A stretch of DNA of 64,000 bases from an uncultured Alphaproteobacteria bacterium. Its GTDB lineage: Bacteria > Pseudomonadota > Alphaproteobacteria > CACIAM-22H2. Both the position numbers and the translations under genes were made by a program. Position 1 is the first letter of the stretch, and every line of letters begins with the position of its first letter. The notes below the pieces were generated by a model. It did not search any database. It saw only the letters and a program-made list of their open reading frames with translations, and was not told the DNA's origin. Shown in pieces: positions 35,125 to 42,997 of this stretch. The stretch covers positions 398,906 through 462,905 of the forward strand of contig CAVVJD010000021.1 of the NCBI GenBank assembly GCA_963748455.1, in the 5' to 3' direction.

Positions 35125-37995
35125 TCACCCCGGCCTATGATCGACGGCGTCGGCGCAGCGCGCGTCGAGGGTCGGATGATGGTGATGGATGCCGACATCG
35201 GGCAGCACTTTCCAGCAGCGCTGGCATTTCTCGCCGGGTGCTGCCTTCACCACCACGCCCACGCCCGCGACATCGGGCAGCGTGAAGGCGCCCGGCGGCG
35301 GCGCGTCCGCCACCAGCTTGGCGGCGGAGGTGATGGCGATTTCGGCGAGATCGAGGCCATGGAATGCCGCGACATACTCCGCCGGCGCATAGACCTCCGG
35401 CAACGCCTGCAGCGACGAGCCCAGGCGCCGCTCGGCACGCTCGATCTCGATGGCGCCGGTGACGACGCGGCGCAGCTCGCGGATCTTCGCCCATTTCGCG
35501 GCCAACGCGCTGTCCTGCCATTCGGCGGGCGGCTTCGGAAATTGGCGCAGATGCACACTAGCACCGTCGGTGGAACGGCCAGATTCCTCAAGGCGCATCA
35601 GCCACGCTTCTTCGGCCGTGAAGGTCAGCACCGGGGCGAGCCAGGCGGTGAGGCACGAGAAGACTTCGTCGAGCACGGTGCGGCAGGCGCGGCGCGTCGG
35701 ACTGTCCGGCCGGTCGCAATAGAGCGAATCCTTGCGGATGTCGAAATAGAAGGACGAGAGATCGACCGCGCAGAAATTATGCAGCGCCGTGTAGAACGAT
35801 GTGAAATCGTAGGTGGCGATCGAGGCCTTGAGCTGCTCGCCCAGTTCGTAGAGGCGATGGAGAACCCAGCGCTCGAGCTCGGGCATCTTGTCGCGCGCGA
35901 CACGCTCTGTGTCGGTGTAGCCGGCGAGATTGCCCAGCAGATAGCGCAGCGTGTTGCGCAGGCGGCGGTAGAACTCGCCCTGTTGCTTCAAGATCTCCGG
36001 CCCGATGCGCAGATCGGCGGAATAGTCGGAACCGACCACCCACAGGCGCAGGATATCGGCGCCGAGCTTGTCGACGACGGTCTGCGGGGCGGTGATGTTG
36101 CCCAGCGACTTCGACATCTTGCGGCCCTGCTCGTCGAGCACGAAGCCGTGCGTCAGCACGGCCTCATAGGGTGCCCTGCCCCGCGTGCCGCAGGATTCCA
36201 GCAGCGAGGAATGGAACCAGCCGCGATGCTGGTCGGAGCCCTCGAGATACATCGAGGCCGGCCATTGCAGATCCTTACGCTTTTCCAGCACGAAGGCGTG
36301 GGTCGAGCCGGAATCGAACCAGACGTCGACGATGTCCTTCACCTGGTCGAAGTCTTCCAACTTGTATTTGTTGCCGAGGAAACGCTGCGGGTCGCCTTCG
36401 TACCAGGCGTCGGCGCCCTCCGCCTCGAAGGCTTGCGCCACGCGCTCGATCACTTCCGCGTCGCGCAGCGGCTGGCCCATCTGCGGGCCCTTCTTGTGCA
36501 CGAACACGGCGATCGGCACGCCCCAGACGCGCTGGCGCGAGATGACCCAATCCGGGCGCTGCTCGATCATGCCGCGGATGCGGTTCTCGCCGCTGGGCGG
36601 ATACCATTTGGTGTCGCTGATCGCCTTGAGCGCGGTTTCGCGCAACTTCGTCGTGGTCATCGAGATGAACCATTGCGGCGTGTTGCGGAAGATCAGCGGC
36701 GCCTTGGAGCGCCAGGAATGCGGATAGGAGTGGACGAGCGTGCCCTTGGCGAGGAGTGCTCCCGCATGCGCCAGCGCCGAGATCACGGCGCCATTGGCGT
36801 CGCCCGGCTTGCCGTCGGGCTTCAAGACCAGCTTGCCGGCAAAGAGCGGCACGTGCGGAAAGTAGCTGCCGTCGGCATCGACCGTGTCGGGCACGGCGAT
36901 GCCGTTGGCGGTGCCGAGCTCGAAGTCATCGGCGCCATGGCCGGGGGCGATGTGGACAAAGCCAGTGCCAGCCTCGGTCGTCACGAAATCGCCCGTGTGC
37001 ACAGGCACATCGAAATCGTAGCCCTGTCCGCGCAGCGGATGCGCCGCGAGCGTGCCGACAAGGTCCTTGCCGGTCAGCGTCGGGCCGACATCGATTTCAC
37101 CCAGCTTGCCGGCGGCCATCACCGCATCGACCAGCGCCTTGGCGACGACGATTTTCTCGCCCGCCTTGGCCATCGAGCCTTCGGCCGGCGCCTTCACGGT
37201 GAGGACCACATACTCGATGTCGGCACCCCCCGCGATGGCGCGGTTGCCGGGGATGGTCCAGGGCGTGGTCGTCCAGATGACGATTGAGGCGCCAGCGAGC
37301 TCCGGCCGCGACGGCTTCACGATGGGGAAGCACGCGTGGATCGTCGAGGATTTGTGATCCTGGTACTCGATCTCCGCCTCGGCCAGCGCCGTCTTCTCGA
37401 CGATCGACCACATGACGGGCTTCGAGCCCTTGTAGAGCGCGCCGTTGAGCGCGAACTTGCCGATCTCGCGCACGATCTGCGCCTCGGCGTCGTAAGACAT
37501 CGTCAGATAGGGATTGTCCCAGTCGCCCTCGACGCCCAGGCGCTTGAACTCCTGGCGCTGGATGTCGATCCATTTCTCGGCGAACTCGCGGCACTCGCGG
37601 CGGAACTGGCCGATGTCGACGTCGTCCTTGTCCTTGCCCTTGGCGCGGTATTCCTCCTCGATCTTCCATTCGATCGGCAGGCCGTGGCAGTCCCAACCGG
37701 GCACGTAATTCGAGTCACGGCCCTGCATCTGCCAGACCCGCGTCACGACATCCTTGAGGATCTTGTTGAGCGCGTGGCCGATATGGAGATGCCCGTTGGC
37801 GTAAGGCGGGCCGTCGTGGAGGATGAATTTCTCGCGGCCCTTGGCATCCTCGCGCAGGCGCTTGTAGAGATCCATCTTCTGCCAGCGCTCGAGCAACGCC
37901 GGCTCGCGCTTGGGCAGATCGCCGCGCATCGGAAACGCGGTCGCGGGTAGGAACACCGTGTCCTTGTAGTCGCGGGTCTTGGCGTCGTCGGCCAT
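35125..37995 (-). CDS. ileS: Isoleucine-tRNA ligase
   Basis: MADDAKTRDYKDTVFLP...DGPPYANGHLHIGHALNK (HIGH)...GRKMSKSLGN (KMSKS)...C-terminal GEKCQRCWK zinc knuckle. An uninterrupted 956-codon frame. Confidence 0.95.
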   Translation of the reverse strand: MADDAKTRDYKDTVFLPATAFPMRGDLPKREPALLERWQKMDLYKRLREDAKGREKFILHDGPPYANGHLHIGHALNKILKDVVTRVWQMQGRDSNYVPGWDCHGLPIEWKIEEEYRAKGKDKDDVDIGQFRRECREFAEKWIDIQRQEFKRLGVEGDWDNPYLTMSYDAEAQIVREIGKFALNGALYKGSKPVMWSIVEKTALAEAEIEYQDHKSSTIHACFPIVKPSRPELAGASIVIWTTTPWTIPGNRAIAGGADIEYVVLTVKAPAEGSMAKAGEKIVVAKALVDAVMAAGKLGEIDVGPTLTGKDLVGTLAAHPLRGQGYDFDVPVHTGDFVTTEAGTGFVHIAPGHGADDFELGTANGIAVPDTVDADGSYFPHVPLFAGKLVLKPDGKPGDANGAVISALAHAGALLAKGTLVHSYPHSWRSKAPLIFRNTPQWFISMTTTKLRETALKAISDTKWYPPSGENRIRGMIEQRPDWVISRQRVWGVPIAVFVHKKGPQMGQPLRDAEVIERVAQAFEAEGADAWYEGDPQRFLGNKYKLEDFDQVKDIVDVWFDSGSTHAFVLEKRKDLQWPASMYLEGSDQHRGWFHSSLLESCGTRGRAPYEAVLTHGFVLDEQGRKMSKSLGNITAPQTVVDKLGADILRLWVVGSDYSADLRIGPEILKQQGEFYRRLRNTLRYLLGNLAGYTDTERVARDKMPELERWVLHRLYELGEQLKASIATYDFTSFYTALHNFCAVDLSSFYFDIRKDSLYCDRPDSPTRRACRTVLDEVFSCLTAWLAPVLTFTAEEAWLMRLEESGRSTDGASVHLRQFPKPPAEWQDSALAAKWAKIRELRRVVTGAIEIERAERRLGSSLQALPEVYAPAEYVAAFHGLDLAEIAITSAAKLVADAPPPGAFTLPDVAGVGVVVKAAPGEKCQRCWKVLPDVGIHHHHPTLDARCADAVDHRPG

Positions 37996-38000
37996 GGCGC

Positions 38001-38288
38001 TCAAGCTCGCACGGCGCGGCCGGCCGACGCCAGCTTGGTCGCGGTCAAGACGCGGTCGACATAGACGAGGTTGCGCAGGAACACGGCGATATGCTCGGCC
38101 ACTTGCGGCTCGAGGCCGGCGCACTGGATGTCGATGGAAAGGCCATCCTCGGCGACCGCGCCATGGAAGCGGTCGGGGGTCAGGCCGCGCTTGGAAAACA
38201 GCTCAAGCACGCGGGGCATGACCGATGCCTCGGGGCTGGCGAACACGGAAAAACAATAGACGGGTTGGGCTTGGTCAGCGGCAGACAT
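38001..38288 (-). CDS. Small hypothetical protein (ACT-domain-like pattern) immediately upstream of ileS
   Basis: ATG 38288 preceded by AAGGAGA. MSAADQAQPVYCFSVFASPEASVMPRVLELFSKRGLTPDRFHGAVAEDGLSIDIQCAGLEPQ.... Its stop lies 5 nt before the ileS ATG. Confidence 0.5.
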   Translation of the reverse strand: MSAADQAQPVYCFSVFASPEASVMPRVLELFSKRGLTPDRFHGAVAEDGLSIDIQCAGLEPQVAEHIAVFLRNLVYVDRVLTATKLASAGRAVRA

Positions 38289-38330
38289 ACGCGGTCTCCT
38301 TTTCACGCGCGGGCAAAATGGCAATCACCT

Positions 38331-38353
38331 CCCGGTCCTGAATAAGGACCGGG
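38331..38353 (-). promoter_or_regulatory. 8-bp stem-loop in the 5' leader of the small-ORF/ileS transcript
   Basis: CCCGGTCC-TGAATAA-GGACCGGG, about 40 nt upstream of the 38288 start. Confidence 0.3.
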
Positions 38354-38409
38354 TCGATAATTCGCCCAATGCCGACGATGAAAAGGGTCCGCGATGTCAT
38401 AGCGGGCGG

Positions 38410-38439
38410 ATCATAGGGAGGGGGGTCCAGACCCGTCAA
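38410..38439 (-). promoter_or_regulatory. Candidate sigma70-type promoter for the small-ORF/ileS block
   Basis: The minus strand reads TTGACG (38439-38434), an 18-nt spacer, then TATGAT (38415-38410). Confidence 0.35.
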
Positions 38440-38473
38440 GCCACGAATTTTGCTTGAGAACTGAAGGCGGGTA

Positions 38474-38646
38474 CCCCCTCTCCCGCCGCGAAGCGGGGGA
38501 GAGGGAGGGGCCCGTCGCGTAGCAACGGGAGGGTGAGGTGGCGGCTCAACGCAAGCGATGTCGGACAGCTCCCGGCGGAGAGACCCACCTCACCCTAAAT
38601 CCCTCTCCGCCCTGAAGGGCGGAGAGGGACTTTCGATCGGCCGCAC
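38474..38646. repeat. Nested-palindrome intergenic mosaic element, copy 4
   Basis: CCCCCTCTCCCGCCGCGAAGCGGGGGAGAGGGAGGGGCCCGTCGCGTAGCAACGGGAGGGTGAGGTGG...CCCACCTCACCCTAAATCCCTCTCCGCCCTGAAGGGCGGAGAGGGACTTTCGA. Confidence 0.85.
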
Positions 38647-38775
38647 CCTTTCCCCGCGATGCGGGCGCGGAGGGTCGATGGGCGCTCGCGACAATTGGCG
38701 CATCGCCGTTCTGCTAGATTGGCGACAATATCGCGCGCGACGAACCGCCCCCGCGGTTCATGCTGAGGAGTTTCC

Positions 38776-39309
38776 ATGCGCATCGATGCCATTCCGGTCG
38801 GCCTCAACCCGCCGCACGACGTTAACGTCGTCATCGAGGTGCCGATCGGCGGCGAGCCGATCAAGTACGAGATGGACAAGAAGGCGGGCACGCTGGTCGT
38901 CGACCGCTTCCTCTATACGCCGATGCGCTACCCCGGGAACTACGGCTTCATTCCCAACACGCTGTCGGGCGACGGCGATCCGTGCGACGTGCTGATCGCC
39001 AACACCCGCGCCATCATCGCAGGCGCCGTGATGAGCGTGCGCCCGATCGGCGTGCTGGTGATGGAAGACAATGCCGGCCAGGACGAGAAGATCATCGCCG
39101 TGCCATCACGCCATATCACCAAGCGCTACGACCGGATCGAGCGCCACACCGACCTGCCCGAGATCACCATCCAGCAGATCGAGCATTTCTTCACGCACTA
39201 CAAGGATCTCGAGCCCGGCAAATGGGTGAAGATCCAGCGCTGGGCCGACCAGGAAGAGGCGCACCGGATGATTTTGGCGGGCATCGAGCGGGCGAAGGCG
39301 AAAGGGTGA
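38776..39309 (+). CDS. ppa: Inorganic diphosphatase (family I)
   Basis: ...[20 protein letters not shown]...[30 protein letters not shown]...[14 protein letters not shown].... Confidence 0.93.
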   Translation: MRIDAIPVGLNPPHDVNVVIEVPIGGEPIKYEMDKKAGTLVVDRFLYTPMRYPGNYGFIPNTLSGDGDPCDVLIANTRAIIAGAVMSVRPIGVLVMEDNAGQDEKIIAVPSRHITKRYDRIERHTDLPEITIQQIEHFFTHYKDLEPGKWVKIQRWADQEEAHRMILAGIERAKAKG

Positions 39310-39329
39310 ATTAGAGCGTCGGGCGACCG

Positions 39330-40004
39330 CTAGCGCTGGTCGACGCAGGCCAGCAGCGAGCCAAGCTGTCCGACGCGCTGGGCGATCACGTCGGCGCGGC
39401 TGGCGATATATGCCGTCGGCCGGTCGGGAGACCACTCGCGCGGGTTCGGCAGGACCGCCGCCAGTAGCGCGGCCTCGCGCAATGTCAGCGCAGTTGCCAC
39501 CTTCCCAAATCGGGCGTGCGAAGCCGCGCCTATGCCATAGATGCCGTCGCCCCATTCGGCGATGTTGAGATACACTTCCATGATACGCCGCTTGGTCCAC
39601 AGCAACTCTACGAAGACGGTGATGTACGCCTCTATGCCCTTGCGCACAAAGTCGCGGCCCGGCCACAGGAACAGGTTCTTGGCGACCTGCATTGAGATTG
39701 TGCTGGCGCCACGCACACGCCTTCCGGTCGCATAGTCGTCGGCCGCGTCGCCGATGGCACGCCAGTCGAAGCCGGAATGCTCGCAGAACAAATTGTCCTC
39801 GGACGCGATCACCGCGCGCGGCACGGAAGGAGCTATGCGCTCGAGCGGCGTCCATGTCTTGCGGATGGCGGCACCGTCGAACCAGCGCAGCGCCATCAGC
39901 GGCGTCAACGGCGGCGGAACGATCGCGTAGAATGCCACCAGCAGCACCGGCACCGACAGCGCGATCACGGCAAGCAGAGCGAGCAGGCGGATTAGTCGCT
40001 TCAC
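39330..40004 (-). CDS. mtgA: Monofunctional biosynthetic peptidoglycan transglycosylase
   Basis: GTG 40004; VKRLIRLLALLAVIAL (TM)...IASEDNLFCEHSGFDW...GASTISMQVAKNLFLWP...RIMEVYLNIAEWG. Confidence 0.88.
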   Translation of the reverse strand: MKRLIRLLALLAVIALSVPVLLVAFYAIVPPPLTPLMALRWFDGAAIRKTWTPLERIAPSVPRAVIASEDNLFCEHSGFDWRAIGDAADDYATGRRVRGASTISMQVAKNLFLWPGRDFVRKGIEAYITVFVELLWTKRRIMEVYLNIAEWGDGIYGIGAASHARFGKVATALTLREAALLAAVLPNPREWSPDRPTAYIASRADVIAQRVGQLGSLLACVDQR

Positions 40005-40161
40005 CGATGGAACGCACGCCGCCAGGGGTTGAGCGAGCCGAGCGGAGCCACTGCGGTGTGTCGGCGCTTTGAGGTTTTCGCGAACATGCCGATAGCGTAA
40101 CCCGCGCAGCGAAAGATGCGCCACCGGGATGATATGATCTCTGGGCGGCCCAGTCGTTCGT

Positions 40162-41181
40162 CTAAAGCGTCGGCCTTACGCGCGCGGGGCGCGCGGGCGC
40201 TGCCAGCGCCACTTTGGCCGCCGCGGCGTCGGCGTGCATCTGCGCGGTCAATGCGGTCAGGTCGGCGAATTTCTGCTCGGGGCGTAGATATTCGACCAGG
40301 GCGACGCGCAGGACGCGGCCGTAGATTTCGCCCGAGAAATCGAAGAGGAAGGTTTCGAGCAGCGGCTCGGGTGCCCCGAACATCGGGCGGATGCCGAGAT
40401 TGGCGACACCGTCGCGCCAGACCCAATCGTTGCCCGTCGCGATGGCGGCGCGCACAGCGTAGATGCCGAAGGCGGGCCGCACATACTCGCCGAGCTTCAG
40501 ATTGGCGGTGGGGAAGCCCAGCGTGCGGCCGCGCTTGTCGCCATGCACGATGCGGCCCTCGATCTCGAACGGTCGGCCGAGCAGGCGTGCTGCGGCGCGC
40601 GGATCGCCCGCCTTCAAACTGTCGCGCACGCCGGTCGAGGAATAAACCAAGGCCTCGGGCGTGCTCTCGCTCTCGGCATCGGCGGCACCCACCGGCGACA
40701 TGATCGAGACCGGCACGCCGGCGGCGGCGAGGCGGTCGCGCAGCAATTCGGGATTGCCGGTGCGGCCCTTGCCGAACACAAAATCGTAGCCGACGACGAC
40801 GCGCGAGACGCCCAGGCCCTTCACCAGGATCTCGTCGATGAAATTCTCCGCCGTGCGCGCGGCAAGCTGCGCGTTGAATCGCAGCAGATAGAGGAGATCG
40901 ACGTCGAGATCGTTCAGGAGCCGCGCCTTGGTGCGCAGGCGGGTGAGCAGGAAGGGCGGGCCGTCGGGCTTGAAGAAGCGGCGCGGATGCGGCTCGAAGG
41001 TCAGGACACCGGCGGGCTGGCGGTCGTGGCGGGCGTGGCGCACCGCCTCGCCGATCACGGCCTGATGGCCGCGATGAATGCCGTCGAAATTGCCGATCGC
41101 CACCACCGCCCCGCGCGCGGCGGGCGGCAGATCAAGAACCGATCGCAATACGCGCAGCGGCGCGTCTGCCCCCAAGGTCAC
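40162..41181 (-). CDS. ribF: Bifunctional riboflavin kinase / FMN adenylyltransferase
   Basis: ...VVAIGNFDGIHRGHQAVI...TFEPHPRRFF...GRIVHGDKRGRTLGFPTANL...VEYLRPEQKF. Confidence 0.9.
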   Translation of the reverse strand: MTLGADAPLRVLRSVLDLPPAARGAVVAIGNFDGIHRGHQAVIGEAVRHARHDRQPAGVLTFEPHPRRFFKPDGPPFLLTRLRTKARLLNDLDVDLLYLLRFNAQLAARTAENFIDEILVKGLGVSRVVVGYDFVFGKGRTGNPELLRDRLAAAGVPVSIMSPVGAADAESESTPEALVYSSTGVRDSLKAGDPRAAARLLGRPFEIEGRIVHGDKRGRTLGFPTANLKLGEYVRPAFGIYAVRAAIATGNDWVWRDGVANLGIRPMFGAPEPLLETFLFDFSGEIYGRVLRVALVEYLRPEQKFADLTALTAQMHADAAAAKVALAAPARPARVRPTL

Positions 41182-41243
41182 ACCTGTCGTTCGTGTTGTG
41201 GCGCGCGGCGGAGACTATCGCCCGTCATCGACCGGGGAAAGGG

Positions 41244-41741
41244 TTAGCCGGCGCGCGCCGCGTTGACGGCGAGCGGCCGGGCGGGCTGCTCCTTGGCCGG
41301 AAGGGCTGCGCGCAAGGGGACGAGCACCACCGCCTCGCCTTCCAGCACCACTTTGCCGGCGACCGAGACGATCGTGGACAAGGTGGCGCGGCGCTTTTCC
41401 GGGACCAGCTCGGTCACGGTCGCGCGGGCGTTGACGGTGTCGCCGATGCGCACCGGCGCCTTGAAGCGCAGGGTCTGGGTCACGTAAATTGCGCCGGGAC
41501 CAGGCAGGCGCGTGCCGATCACCGTCGAGATGAAACTTGCGGTCAGCATGCCGTGGGCGATGCGGCCGGAAAACATCGTCTCACTGGCGAATTCCTCGTT
41601 GATATGCACCGGATTGGTGTCACCGGAGATGCCGGCAAACAGCACGATATCGGCCTCGGTGACGGTCCGCGCGTAGAGGGCCGTCTGGCCGAGTTTGAGG
41701 TCTTCGAAATAGAGACCATGCAGTTCATCGTTCTGGCTCAT
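41244..41741 (-). CDS. MaoC-like (R)-specific enoyl-CoA hydratase / dehydratase
   Basis: ...FAGISGDTNPVHINEEFA...GRIAHGML... hot-dog fold motif, 165 aa. Confidence 0.8.
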   Translation of the reverse strand: MSQNDELHGLYFEDLKLGQTALYARTVTEADIVLFAGISGDTNPVHINEEFASETMFSGRIAHGMLTASFISTVIGTRLPGPGAIYVTQTLRFKAPVRIGDTVNARATVTELVPEKRRATLSTIVSVAGKVVLEGEAVVLVPLRAALPAKEQPARPLAVNAARAG

Positions 41742-42077
41742 GACGGGACGTCACTCCGGCGCGCGAACATGTTGCAGCGCAAAAAAGGATCGCGGCACTA
41801 TAGTTAGCTTCAAAGTCCGCAGCAACAAGCTACCCCGAAGGGCGTAAAGTTAACCTTAATATCCAGGCAAAGACGAAACAAGGCAACGGGTTAGAGCGTT
41901 TTACAGGAGTTCTCCACCAGCTTGCGGAGCGTGGTCATGGCACCTTCCAACGACTATACTGACCCGAAATCAGGCCCCGGTGAGCGCCGGGGCGCTCCCA
42001 TAACCCCGCGCCCTATTCCGCATGACCCCCCGCCTGCGGCGCCGCCGCGTCGCCCCTTTCACCCCGGCCCGCACACC

Positions 42078-42778
42078 ATGAGCGAAACCGCATCCGGAAC
42101 TTTGGCTGGCGTCAGCCTGCTGGCCCCACTGGCGCCTGCCGAGCGTCAGGCGGTCGAGCGGCGCTGCCGGTGGCGCCGGTTCGCCGCGGGCGAGCAGATC
42201 ATCGACCGCGAGACCGAGTCGACCGATGTCTATTTCGTGGTCCAAGGAAGCGTGCGCGTGGTGAACTACGCGCTGAGCGGGCGCGAGGTCAGCTTCGACG
42301 ATATCGAGGCGGGCGGCTATTTCGGCGAGCTCGCGGCCATCGACAGCGCGCCACGCTCGGCCAATATCGTCGCCATCAACGACACGGTCACGGCGGCCCT
42401 CCCCGCCGCGGCCTTCCTGGAAGCGGTAACGAGCCACCCGAAAGTGGCCTATGTGCTGCTGAAGCGCCTGGCTGCGGTGATCCGCCAATCCACCGGCCGG
42501 ATCATGGATCTGAGCACGCTGGGTGCGCATAACCGCATCCATGCAGAGCTGCTGCGCGAGGCCACGGAGGCCGGCGTAAGCGCCAATGCCGCGCACGATC
42601 AGCCCGATCCCGTTGCATCACGACATCGCCGCGCGCGCCAGCACGACGCGCGAGACCGTGGCGCGGGTGCTGAACGACCTGGCCCGCCAGCGCATCGTGC
42701 GCCGCGATGCCAACGCGCTGGTGCTGGTCGACGTCGCGCGGCTCTCGAAAATGGTGCACGAGTTCCGCGGGCGATTAG
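42078..42778 (+). pseudogene. Crp/Fnr family transcriptional regulator, two +1 frameshifts as read (normal stop lost)
   Basis: A cNMP-binding domain (...DVYFVVQGSVRV...YFGELAAIDSAPRSANIVA...) is followed, after a shift near 42590, by the HTH region (PLHHDIAARASTTRETVARVLNDLARQRIV) in ORF 42586... That frame then runs on through an AT-richer spacer. Removing one g from ggg (42768-42770) gives ...VHEFRGD-TAG at 42776-42778. Confidence 0.7.
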
Positions 42779-42949
42779 GAAATTCCGTTTGTTTTCAATT
42801 GTTTATGGTTGTGACAGCCGTCACTGCCAAGGATTCGGCCGGGCCCTATTCTGGGCACGCTCGTAAATGCGCCGTCGTTCGCGACAGCAAGTTTCTGGGG
42901 CACCGGCGGTCCCCACCGCCGTCCGACATACTCTCCAAGCAAACCTCCA

Positions 42950-42988
42950 GGGCCGGCCCCCTTCCCCCCGAAGACCGGCCCTTTTTTT
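42950..42988 (+). terminator. Rho-independent terminator between the convergent crp and cyclase genes
   Basis: GGGCCGG (42950-56) ... CCGGCCC (42975-81), followed by TTTTTTT (42982-88). Confidence 0.6.
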
Positions 42989-42997
42989 GCCTGAAAT

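Noticed and set aside
40030-40070. GCCACTG (B12-box-like) in the mtgA-ribF spacer as a cobalamin riboswitch; also an FMN riboswitch near ribF.
   Set aside because: It is an isolated heptamer without the other conserved cobalamin-riboswitch segments. No downstream gene on that strand would be regulated, and ribF is not a usual FMN-riboswitch target.
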